A DNA stretch of 64,000 bases from Euglena gracilis (taxonomy: Eukaryota): assembly GCA_039621445.1 (NCBI GenBank), contig CP154954.1, positions 34,197,737 to 34,261,736 on the forward strand, in the 5' to 3' direction. Under the pieces are notes generated by a model. That model saw only the letters and a program-made list of their open reading frames with translations. It did no database searches and was not told the origin of the DNA. Position numbers and translations under genes: made by a program. Below are positions 51,601-64,000 of this stretch, in pieces. Every line of letters starts with the position of its first letter. Position 1 is the first letter of the stretch.

Positions 51601-54600
51601 CCGGAATGGTCGAATGCACCCATATAAATGTGCTCATTTCTTGCAACCAACATTCCCGCTGCATGTTTCTTTTACCATTAAACCACGACAATCATAAAAC
51701 AAACCGGTACCCTGACTTTGGAGGCCTCCTGGAACACCCATTCCGTTACTCGGAGTAAGGCCCACTTTGGTCCATTTTTACATGGTAACCTGGGTTGACC
51801 TGGTAAATGTCCCCCAGAATGGTCGAATGCACCCATCTAAATGTGCTCGTTTCTTGCAACCAACATTCCCGCTGCATGTTTTGCTTACCACTAAACCACG
51901 ACAAACATGAAACCAACGGGTCCCCTGACTTTGGAAACCTCCTGGAACACCCATTCGGTTACTCGGAGTAAGGCCCAATTGGGTCCATTTTTACATGGTA
52001 ACCTGGGCTGACCTGGTAAATGTCCCCCGGAAGGGTCGAAAGCACCCATCTAAATGTGCTCATTTCTTGCAACCCAACATTCCCGCTGCATGTTTTTCTT
52101 ACCATTAAACCACAACAATCATGAAATCAACGGGTCCCCTGACTTTGGTGGCCTCCTGGAACACCCATTCGGTTACTCGGAGCAAGGCCCAGTTTGGTCC
52201 AATTTTCCGTGGTAACCTGGGCTGACCTGGAAAATGTCCCCCGGAATGGTCGAATGCACCCATCTAAATGTGCTCATTTCTTGCAACCGACATTCCCGCT
52301 GCATGTTTTTCTTACCATTAAACCACAACAATCATGAAACCAAAGGGTCCCCTGACTTTGAAGGCCTCCTGGAACACCCATTCGGTTACTCGGAGTAAGG
52401 CCCAATTTGGTCCATTTTTGGATGGTACCCTGTGCTGACCTGGTAAATGTCCCCTGGAATGGTCGAGTGCACCCATCTAAATGTGCTCATTTCTTGAAAC
52501 CAACATTCCCGCTGCATGTTTTTCATACCATTAAACAACGACAATCATGAAACGAACGGGACCCCTGACTTTGCAGTCCTCCTGGAACACCCATTCGGTT
52601 TCGGAGTAAGGCCCAATTGGGTCCATTTTTAGATGGTACCCTGGGCTGACCTGGTAAATGTCCCCCGGAATGGTCGAATGCACCCATCTAAATGTGCTCA
52701 TTTCTTGCAACCAACATTCCCGCTGCATGTTTTTCTTACCATTAAACCACGACAATCATGAAACCAACGTGTCCCCTGACTTTGGAGGCCTCCTGGAACA
52801 CCCATTCGGTTACTCGGAGTAAGGCCCAATTGGGTCCATTTTTAGACGGTACCCTGGGCTGACTTGGTAAATGTCCCCCGGAATGGTCCAATGCACCCAT
52901 CTAAATGTGCTCATTTCTTGCAACCAACAATCCTGCTGCATGTTTTTCTTACCATTAAACCGCTAAAATCATGAAACCAACGGGTCCCCTGACTTTGGAA
53001 ACCTCTTGGAACACCCATTCGGTTACTCGGAGTAAGAGCCAATTGGGTCCATTTTTACATGGTACCCTGGGCTGACCTGGAAAATGTCCCCCGGAATGGT
53101 CGAATGCACCCATCTAAATGTGCTCATTTCTTGCAACCGACATTCCCGCTGCATGTTTTTCTTACCATTAAACCACAACAATCATGAAACCAACAGGTCC
53201 CCTGACTTTGAAGGCCTCCTGGAACACCCATTCGGTTACTCGGAGTAAGGCACAATTTGGTCCATTTTTACATGGTAACCTGGGCTGACCTGGTAAATGT
53301 CCCCCGGAATGGTCGAATGCACCAATCTAAATGTGCTCATTTCTTGCAACCAAAATTCGCGCTGCATGTTTTTCTTACCATTAAACCACTACAATCATGA
53401 AACCAATGGGTCCCCTGACTTTGGAAACCTCCTGGAACACCCATTCGGTTACTCGGAGTAAGGCCCAATTTGGTCCATTTTTACATGGTAACCTGGGCTG
53501 ACCTGGTAAATGTCCCCCGGAATGGTCGAATGCACCCATCTAAATGTGCTCATTTCTTGCAACCAACATTCCCGCTGCATGTTTTTCTTACCATTAAACC
53601 ACGACGATCATGAAACCAACGGGTCCCCTGACTTTGGAAACCTCCTGGAACACCCATTCGGTTACTCGGAGTAAGGCCCAATTTGGTCCATTTTTACATA
53701 GTAACCTGGGCTGACCTGGTAAATGTCCCCCGGAATGGTCGAATGCACCCATCTAAATGTGCTCATTTCTTGCAACCAACATTCCCGCTGCATGTTTTTC
53801 TTACCATTAAACCACTACAATCATGAAACCAATGGGTCCCCTGACTTTGGAAACCTCCTGGAACACCCATTCGGTTACTCGGAGTAAGGCCCAATTTGGT
53901 CCATTTTTACATAGTAACCTGGGCTGACCTGGTAAATGTCCCCCGGAATGGTCGAATGCACCCATCTAAATGTGCTCATTTCTTGCAACCAACATTCCCG
54001 CTGCATGTTTTTCTTACCATTAAACCACGACAATCATGAAACCAACGGGTCCCCTGACTTTGGCATCCTGGAACACCCATTCGGTTACTCGGAGTAAGGC
54101 CAATTGGGTCCATTTTTACATGGTACCCTGGGCTGACCTGGTAAATGTCCCCCGGAATGGTCGAATGCACCCATCTAAATGTGCTCATTTCTTGCAACCA
54201 ACATTCCCGCTGCATGTTTTTCTTACCATTAAACCACGACAATCATGAAACCAACGGGTCCCCTGACTTTGGAAACCTCCTGGAACGCTCATTCGGTTAC
54301 TCGGAGTAAGGCCCAATTTGGTCCATTTTTATATGGTAACCTGGGCTGACCTGGTAATTGTCCCCCGGAATGGTCGAATGCAACCATATAAATGTGCTCA
54401 TTTCTTGCAACTAACATTCCCGCTGCACGTTTTTCTTACCATTAAACCACGACAATCATGAAACCAACGGGTCCCCTGACTTTGGAGGGCTCCTGGAACA
54501 CCCATTCTGTTACTCAAATCTAAGGCCCAATTGGGTCCATTTTTACATGGTACCCTGGGCTGACCTGGTAAATGTCCCCCGGAATGTTCGAATGCACCCA

Positions 54601-57600
54601 TCTAAATGTGCTCATTTCTTGCAACCAACATTCCCGCTGCATGTTTTTCTTACCATTAAACCACGAAAATAATGAAACCAACGGGTCACCTTGACTTTGC
54701 AAGTCTCCTGGAACACCCATTCGGTTACTCGGAGTAAGGCCCAATTTGTTCCATTTTTACATGGTAACCTGGGCTGACCTGGAAAATGTCCCCCGGAATA
54801 GTCGAATGCACCCATCTAAATGTGCTCATTTCTTGCAACCAACATTCCCGCTGCATGTTTTCCATACCATTAAACGTCGACAATCATGAAACCAACGGGT
54901 CCCCTGAATTTGGAGGCCTCCTGGAACACCCATTCGGTTACTCGGAGTAAGGCCCAATCTGGTCCATTTTTACATGGCAACCTGGGCTGACCTGGAAAAT
55001 GTACTCCAGAATGGTCGAATGCACCCATCTAAATGTGCTGATTTCTTGCAACCAACATTCCCGTTGCATATTTTTCTCACCATTAAACCACGACAAACAT
55101 GAAACCAACGGGTCCCCTGACTTTGGAGGCCTCCTGGAACACCCATTCGGTTACTCGGAGTAAGGCCCAATTGGGTCCATTAGTTGATGGTAACCTGGGC
55201 TGACCTGGTAAATGTCCCCCGGAATGGTCGAATGCACCCATCTAAATGTGCTCATTTCTTGCAACCAACATTCCCGCTGCATGTTTTTCTTACCATTAAA
55301 CCACGACAATCATGAAACCAACGGGTTCCCTGACTTTGGAAACCTCCTGGAACACCCATTCGGTTACTCGGAGTAAGGCCCAATTTGGTCCATTTTTACA
55401 TGGTAACCTGGGCTGACCTGGTAAATGTCCCCCGGAATGGTCGAATGCACCCATCTAAATGTGCTCATTTCTTGCAACCAACATTCCCGTTGCATGTTTT
55501 TCTTACCATTAAACCACGACAATCATGAAACCAACGGGTCCCCTGACTTTGGAGGCCTCCTGGAACACCCATTCGGTTACTCGGAGTAAGGCCCAATTTG
55601 GTCCATTTTTACATGGTAACCTGGGCTGACCTGGTAAATGTCCCCCGGAATGGTCGAATGCACCCATCTAAATGTGCTCATTTCTTGCAACCAACATTCC
55701 CGCTGCATGTTTTTCTTACCATTAAGCCACGACAATCATGAAACCAACGGGTCCCCTGACTTTGGAGGCCTCCTGGAACACCCATTCGGTTACTCGGAGT
55801 AAGGCCCAATTGGGTCCATTTTTACATGGTAACCTGGGCTGACCTGGTAAATGTCCCCCGGAATGGTCGAATGCACCCATCTAAATGTGCTCATTTCTTG
55901 CAACCAACATTCCCGCTGCATGTTTTTCTTACGATTAAGCCACGACAATCATGAAACCAACGGGTCCCCTGACTTTGGAGGGCTCCTGGAACACCCATTC
56001 GGTTACTCGGAGTAAGGCCCAATTTGGTCCATTTTTACATGGTAACCTGGGCTGACCTGGTAAATGTCCCCCGGAATGGTCGAATGCACCCATCTAAATG
56101 TGCTCATTTCTTGCAACCACATTCCCGCTGCATGTTTTTCTTACCATTAAACCACGACAATCATGAAACCAACGGGTCCCCTGACTTTGGAGGGCTCCTG
56201 GAACACCCATTCTGTTACTCAAATCTAAGGCCCAATTGGGGCCATTTTTACATGGTACCCTGGGCTGACCTGGTAAATGTCCCCCGGAATGGTCGAATGC
56301 ACCCATCTAAATGTGCTCATTTCTTGCAACCAACATTCCCGCTGCATGTTTTTCTTACCATTAAACCACGACAATCATGAAACCAACGGGTCCCCTGACT
56401 TTGGAGGGCTCCTGGAACACCCATTCGGTTACTCGGAGTAAGGCCCAATTTGTTCCATTTTTACATGGTAACCTGGGCTGACCTGGTAAATGTCCCCCGG
56501 AATGGTCGAATGCACCCATCTAAATGTGCTCATTTCTTGCAACCAACATTCCCGCTGCATGTTTTTCTTACCATTAAACCACGAAAATAATGAAACCAAC
56601 GGGTCCCTTGACTTTGCAGGCCTGAAGGAACACCCATTCGGTTACTCGGAGTAAGGCCCAATTTGTTCCATTTTTACATGGTAACCTGGGCTGACCTGGT
56701 AAATGTCCCCCGGAATGGTCGAATGCACCCATCTAAATGTGCTGATTTATTGCAACCAGCATTCCTGCTGCATGTTTTTCTCACCGTTAAACGACGAAAA
56801 TCATGAAAGCAACGGGTCCCCTGACTTTGGAGGCCTCCTGGAACACCCGTTTGGTTACTCGGAGTAAGGCCCAATCTGGTCCATTTTTACATGGCAACCT
56901 GGGCTGACCTGGAAAATGTACTCCAGAATGGTCGAATGCACCCATCTAAATGTGCTTATTTCTTGCAACCAACATTCCTGCTGCATGTTTTTCTCACCAT
57001 TAAACCACGACAAACATGAAACCAACGGGTCCCCTGACTTTGGAGGCCTCCTGGAACACCCATTCGGTTACTCGGAGTAAGGCCCAATTGGGTCCATTTT
57101 TTGATGGTACCCTGGGCTGACCTGGTAAATGTCCCCCGGAATGGTCGAATGCACCCATCTAAATGTGCTCATTTCTTGCAACCAAAATTCCCGCTGCATG
57201 TTTTTCTTACCATTAAACCACGACAATCATGAAACCAACGGGTTCCCTGACTTTGGAAACCTCCTGGAACACCCATTCGGTTACTCGGAGTAAGGCCCAA
57301 TTTGGTCCATTTTTACGTGGTACCCTGGGCTGACCTGGTAAATGTCCCCCGGAATGGTCGAATGCACCCATCTAAATGTGCTCATTTCTTGCAACCAACA
57401 TTCCTGCTGCATGTTTTTCTTACCAATTAATCACGAAAATCATGAAACCAACGGGTCCCCTGACTTTGGAGGCCTCCTGGAACACCCATTCGGTTACTCA
57501 TAGTAAGGCCCAATTTGGTCCATTTTTACATTGTAACCTGGGCTGACCTGGAAAATGTCCCCCGGAATGGTCGAATGCACCCATCTGAATGTGCTCATTT

Positions 57601-60600
57601 CTTGCAACCAAAATTCCCGCTGCGTGTTTCTCTTACCATTAAACGACGAAAATCATGAAACCAACGGGTCCCCTGACTCTGGAGGCCTCCTGGAACACCC
57701 ATTCGGTTACCCGGAGTAAGGCCCAATTTGGTCCATTTTAGATGGTACCCCGGGCTGACCCGGTAAATGTCCCCCGGAATGGTCGAATGCACCCATCTAA
57801 ATGTGCTGATCTCTTGCAACCAACATTCCCGCTGCAGGTTTTTCCCACCTTTAAACCACAACAATCATGAAACCAACCGGTCCCCTGACTTTGGAGGCCT
57901 CCTGGAACACCCATTCGGTTACTCGGAGTAAGGCCCAATTTGGTCCATTTTTACATGGTAACCTGGGCTGACCTGGTAAATGTCCCCCGGAATGGTCGAA
58001 TGCACCCATCTAAATGTGCTCATTTCTTGCAACCAACATTCCCGCTGCATGTTTTTCTTACCATTAAACCACGACAATCATGAAACCAACGGGTCCCCTG
58101 ACTTTGGAGGCCTCCTGGAACACCCATTCGGTTACTCGGAGTAAGGCCCAATTTGGTCCATTTTTACATGGTAACCTGGGCTGACCTGGTAAATGTCCCC
58201 CGGAATGGTCGAATGCACCCATCTAAATGTGCTCATTTCTTGCAACCAACATTCCCGCTGCATGTTTTTCTTACCATTGAACCACGACAATCATGAAACC
58301 AACGGGTCCCCTGACTTTGGAGGCCTCCTGGAACACCCATTCGGTTACTCGGAGTAAGGCCCAATTTGGTCCATTTTTACATGGTAACCTGGGCTGACCT
58401 GGTAAATGTCCCCCGGAATGGTCGAATGCACCCATCTGAATGTGCACATTTCTTGCAACCAACATTCCCGCTGCATGTGCTTCTTACCATTGAACCACGA
58501 CAATCATGAAACCAACGGGTCCCCTGACTTTGGAGGCCTCCTGGAACACCCATTCGGTTACTCGGAGTAAGGCCCAATTTGGTCCATTTTTACATGGTAA
58601 CCTGGGCTGACCTGGTAAATGTCCCCCGGAATGGTCGAATGCACCCGTCTAAATGTGCTCATTTCTTGCAACCAACATTCTCGCTGCATGTTTTTCTTAC
58701 CATTGAAGCACGACAATCATGAAACCAACGGGTCCCCTGACTTCGGAGGCCTCCTGGAACACCCATTCGGTTACTCGGAGTAAGGCCCAATTTGGTCCAT
58801 TTTTACATGGTAACCTGGGCTGACCTGGTAAATGTCCCCCGGAATGGTCGAATGCACCCGTCTAAATGTGCTCATTTCTTGCAACCAACATTCCCGCTGC
58901 ATGTTTTTATTACCATTAAACCACGACAATCATGAAACCAACGGGTCCCCTGACATTGGAGGCCTCCTGGAACACCCATTCGGTTACTCGGAGTAAGGCC
59001 CAATTTGGTCCATTTTTACATGGTAACCTGGGCTGACCTGGTAAATGTCCCCCGGAATGGTCGAATGCACCCATCTAAATGTGCTCATTTCTTGCAACCA
59101 ACATTCCCGCTGCATGTTTTTCTTACCATTAAACCACGACATTCATGAAACCCACGGGTCCCCTGACTTTGGAGGCCTCCTGGAACACCCATTCGGTTAC
59201 TCGGAGTAAGGCCCAATTTGGTCCATTTTTACATGGTAACCTGGGCTGACCTGGTAAATGTCCCCCGGAATGGTCGAATGCACCCATCTAAATGTGCTCA
59301 TTTCTTGCAACCAACATTCCCGCTGCATGTTTTTCTTACCATTAAAACAAGACAATAATGAAACCAACGGGTCCCCTAACTTTGGAGGCCTCCTGGAACA
59401 CCCATTCGGTTACTCGGAGTAAGGCCCAATTTGGTCCATTTTTACATGGTAACCTGGGCTGACCTGGTAAATGTCCCCCGGAATGGTCGAATGCACCCAT
59501 CTAAATGTGCTCATTTCTTGCAACCAACATTCCCACTGCATGTTTTTCTTACCATTAAACCACGACAATCATGAAACCAACGGGTCCCCTGACTTTGGAG
59601 GCCTCCTGGAACACCCATTCGGTTACTCGTAGTTAGGCCCAATTTGGTCCGTTTTTACATGGTAACCTGGGCTGACCTGGTAAATGTCCCCCGGAATGGT
59701 CGAATGCACCCGTCTAAATGTGCACATACCTTGCAACCAACATTGACGCTGCATGTTTTTCTTACCATTAAACCACGACAATCATGAAACCAACGGGTCC
59801 CCTGACTTTGGAGGCCTCCTGGAACACCCATTCGGTTACTCGGAGTAACGCCCAATTTGGTCCACTTTTACATTGTAACCTGGGCTGACCTGGTAAATGT
59901 CCCCGGAATGGTCGAATGCACCCGTCTAAATGTGCACATTTCGTGCAACCAACATTCCCGCTGCATGTTTTTCTTACTATTAAACCACGACAATCATGAA
60001 ACCAACGGGTCCCCTGACTTTGGAGGCCTCCTGGAACACCCATTCGGTTACTCGGAGTAAGGCCCAATTTGGTCCATTTTTACATGGTAACCTGGGCTGA
60101 CCTGGTAAATGTCCCCCGGAATGGTCGAATGCACCCGTCTAAATGTGCACATTTCCTGCAACCAACTTTCCCGCTGCATGTTTTTCTTACCATTAAACCT
60201 CGGCAGTCATGAAACCAACGGGTCCTCTGACTTAGGAGGCCTCCTGGAACACCCATTCGGATACTCGGAGTAAGGCCCAATTTGGTCCATTTTTACATGG
60301 TAACCTGGGCTGAACTGGTAAATGTCCCCCGGAATAGCCGAATGCACCCATCTAAACGTGCTCATTTCTTGCAAACAACATTCCCGCTGCATGTTTTTCT
60401 TACCACTAAACCACAACAATCATGAAACCATCGGGTCCCCTAACTTTGGGGGCCTCCTGGAACACCCATTCGGTTACTCGGAGTAAGGCCCAATTTGGTC
60501 CATTTTTACATAGTAACCTGGGCTGACCTGGTAAATGTCCCCCGGAATGGTCGAATGCACCCGTCTAAATGTGCTCATTTCTTGCAACAAACATTCCCGC

Positions 60601-63600
60601 CGCATGTTTTTCTTACCACTAAACCACGACAATCATGAAACCAACGGTTCCCCTGATTTCGGAGGCCTCCTGGAACACCCATTCGGTTACTCGGAGTTAG
60701 GCCCAATTTGGTCCGTTTTTACATGGTAACCTGGGCTGACCTGGTAAATGTCCCCCGCAATGGTCGAATGCACCCGTCTAAATGTGCTCATTTCGTGCAA
60801 CCAACATTCCCGCTGCATGTTTTTTTTACCATTAAACCACGACAATCATGAAACCAACGGGTCCCCTGACTTTGGAGGCCTCCTGGAACACCCATTCGGT
60901 TACTCGGAGTAAGGCCCAATTTAGTCCATTTTTACATGGTAACCTGGGCTGACCTGGTAAATGTCCCCCGGAATGGTCGAATGCACCCATCTAAATGTGC
61001 TCATTTCTTGCAACCAACATTCCCGCTGCATGTTTTTCTTACCATTAAACCACGACAATCATGAAACCACGGGTCCCCTAACTTTGGAGGCCTCCTGGAA
61101 CACCCATTCGGTTACTCGGAGTAAGGCCCAATTTCGTCCATTTTACATATTAACCTGGGCTGACCTGGTAAATGTCCCCCGGAATGGTCGAAATGCACCC
61201 ATCTCAGTGTGCACATTTCTTGCAACCAACATTCCCGCTGCATGTTTTTTTTACCATTAAACCACGACAATCATGAAACCAACGGGTCCCCTGACTTTGG
61301 AGGCCTCCTGGAACACCCATTCGGTTACTCGGAGTAAGGCCCATTTTGGTCCATTTTTACATGGTAACCCGGGCTGACCTGGTAAATGTCCCCCGGAATG
61401 GTCGAATGCACCCGTCTCAGTGTGCACATTTCTTGCAACCAACATTCCCGCTGCATGTTTTTCTTACCATTAAACCACGACAATCATGAAACCAACGGGT
61501 CCCCTGACTTTGGAGGCCTCCTGGAACACCCATTCGGTTACTCGGAGTAACGCCCAATTTGGTCCATTTTTACATGGTAACCTGGGCTGACCTGGTAAAT
61601 GTCCCCCGGAATGGTCGAATGCACCCATCTAAATGTGCTGATTTCTTGCAAACAACATTCCCGCCGCATGTTTTTCTTACCACTAAACCACGAAAATCAT
61701 GAAACCATCGGGTCCCCTAACTTTGGAGGCCTCCTGGAACACGCATTCGGTTACTCGGAGTAAGGCCCAATTTGGTCCATTTTTACATGGTAACCTGGGC
61801 TGACCTGGTAAATGTCCCCCGGAATGTTCGAAGGCACCCATCCAAATGTGCTCATTTCTTGCAACCAACATTCCCGCTGCATGTTTTTCTTACCACTAAA
61901 CCACGACAATCATGAAACCAACGGGTCCCCTGACTTTGGAGGCCTCCTGGAACACCCATTCGGTTACTCGGAGTAAGGCCCAATTTGGTCCATCTTTACA
62001 TGGTAACCTGGGCTGACCTGGTAAATGTCCCCCGGAATGGTCGAAATGCACCCATCTCAGTGTGCACATTTCTTGCAACCAACATTCCCGCTGCATGTTT
62101 TTCTTACCATTAAACCACGACAATCATGAAACCAACGGGTCCCCTGACTTTGGAGGCCTCCTGAAACACCCATTCGGTTACTCGGAGTAAGGCCCAATTT
62201 GGTCCATTTTACATAGTAACCTGGGCTGACCTGGTAAATGTCCCCCGGAATGGTCGAATGCACCCATCTAAAAGTGCTAATTTCTTGCAACCAACATTCC
62301 CGCTGCATGTTTTTCTTACCATTAAACCAGGACAATCATGAAACCAACGGGTCCCCTGACTTTGGAGGCCTCCTGGAAGACCCCTTCGGATACTCGGAGT
62401 AACGCCCAATTTGGTCCATTTTTACATGGTAACCTGGGCTGACCTGGTAAATGTCCCCCGGAATGGTCGAATGCACCCGTCTCAGTGTGCACATTTCTTG
62501 CAACCAACATTCCCGCTGCATGTTTTTCTTACCATTAAACCACGACAATCATGAAACCAACGGGTCCCCTGACTTTGGAGGCCTCCTGGAACACCCATTC
62601 GGTTACTCGGAGTAACGCCCAATTTGGTCCATTTTTACATGGTAACCTGGGCTGACCTGGTAAATGTCCCCCGGAATGGTCGAATGCACCCATCTAAATG
62701 TGCTGATTTCTTGCAACCAACATTCCCGAAGCGTGTTTTTCTTACCATTAAACCAGGACAATCATGAAACCAACGGGTCCCCTGACTTTGGAGGCCTACT
62801 GGAACACCCATTCGGTTACTCGGAGTAACGCCCAATTTGGTCCATTTTTACATGGTAACCTGGGCTGACCTGGTAAATGTCCCCCGGAATGGTCGAATGC
62901 ACCCATCTAAATGTGCTCATTTCTTGCAAACAACATTCCCGCTGCATGTTTTTCTTACCACTAAACCACAACAATCATGAAACCATCGGGTCACCTAACT
63001 TTGGAGGCCTCCTGGAACACGCGTTCGGTTACTCGGAGTAAGGCCCAATTTGGTCCATTTTTACATGGTAACCTGGGCTGACCTGGTAAATGTCCCCCGG
63101 AATGGTCGAATGCACCCATCTAAATGTGCTCATTTCTTGCAAACAACATTCCCGCTGCATTTTTTTCTTACCACTAAACCACGAAAATCATGAAACCATC
63201 GGGTCCCCTAACTTTGGAGGCCTCCTGGAACACGCATTCGGTTACTCGGAGTAAGGCCCAATTTGGTCCATTTTTACATGGTAACCTGGGCTGACCTGGT
63301 AAATGTCCCCCGGAATGGTCGAAGGCACCCATCCAAATGTGCTCATTTCTGGCAACCAACATTCCCTCTGCTTGTTTTTCTTACCACTAAACCACGACAA
63401 TCATGAAACCAACGGGTCCCCTGACTTTGGTGGCCTCCTGGAACACCCATTCGGTTACTCGGAGTAAGGCCCAATTTGGTCCATTTTTACATGGTAACCC
63501 GGGCTGACCTGGTAAATGTCCCTCAGAATGGTCGAATGCACCCATCTAAATGCGCTCATTTATTGCAACCAACATTCCCTCTGCATGTTTTTCTTACCAC

Positions 63601-64000
63601 TAAACCACGACAATCATGAAACCAACGGGTCCCCTGACTTTGGAGGCCTCCTGGAACACCCATTCGGTTACTCGGAGTAAGGCCCATTTTGGTCCATTTT
63701 TACATGGTAACGCGGGCTGACCTGGTAAATGTCCCTCGGAATGGTCGAATGCACCCATCTAAATTTGCTCATGTCTTGCAACCAACATTCCCGCTGCATG
63801 TTTTTCTTACCATGGAACCACGATAATCATGAAGCCAACGGGTCCCCTGACTTTGGAGGCCTCCTGGAACACCCATTCGGTTACTCGGAGTAAGGCCCAA
63901 TTTGGTCCATTTTTACATGGTAACCTGGGCTGACCTGGTAAATGTCCCCCGGAATGGTCGAATGCGCCCATCTAAATGTGCTCATTTCTTGCAACCAACA
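30614..64000. repeat. Satellite B: tandem array of 213-bp monomers (~157 copies); runs off the right edge of the window
   Basis: Monomer start TGG(A/T)AAA at 30614 recurs at 30827 (period 213). Consensus begins TGGTAAATGTCCCCCGGAATGGTCGAATGCACCCATC and ends CATGGTAACCTGGGCTGACC; ~103/213 G+C. No evident similarity to satellite A. Confidence 0.99.
47560..51660. repeat. Satellite B subdomain containing seven 140-bp deletion monomers
   Basis: Novel junction CAACATTCCTGGAA at ~47695, 47835, 49467, 49607, 49960, 50313 and 51516. Confidence 0.9.

Noticed and set aside
33144-63362. Many short ORFs in satellite B
   Set aside because: They are translations of the 213-bp monomer, opened by sporadic variants.
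1-64000. CRISPR array or other repeat-spacer system
   Set aside because: Units are repeated in full with no unique spacers, and there are no cas-like genes.

Overview
Non-coding eukaryotic satellite DNA; no genes, RNA genes or CRISPR arrays are supported. Two unrelated tandem arrays meet at a blunt junction (30613/30614). Satellite A has a 216-bp monomer, ~62% GC, ~32 CpG per monomer, ~127 copies (1-30613). Satellite B has a 213-bp monomer, ~48% GC, ~157 copies (30614-64000). Satellite A is interrupted by two near-identical copies of a 1229-bp non-autonomous LTR retroelement (TRIM-like; ~237-bp TG...CA LTRs, 4-bp ACCG target-site duplication, polypurine tract) and by three copies of a ~229-bp insert with no target-site duplication. 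The retroelement has no tRNA-type primer-binding site. Instead, the 11 nt directly after the 5' LTR are exactly complementary to an 11-mer inside the LTR, the geometry of Tf1/sushi-type self-primed reverse transcription. The two element copies lie in a duplicated, diverged ~5.5-kb block (offset ~18.5 kb). Satellite B shows local higher-order repeats and a spreading 140-bp deletion monomer. ORFs over the arrays are artefacts of monomer lengths divisible by 3. All counts are manual and approximate; organism and centromeric status cannot be determined from sequence alone.
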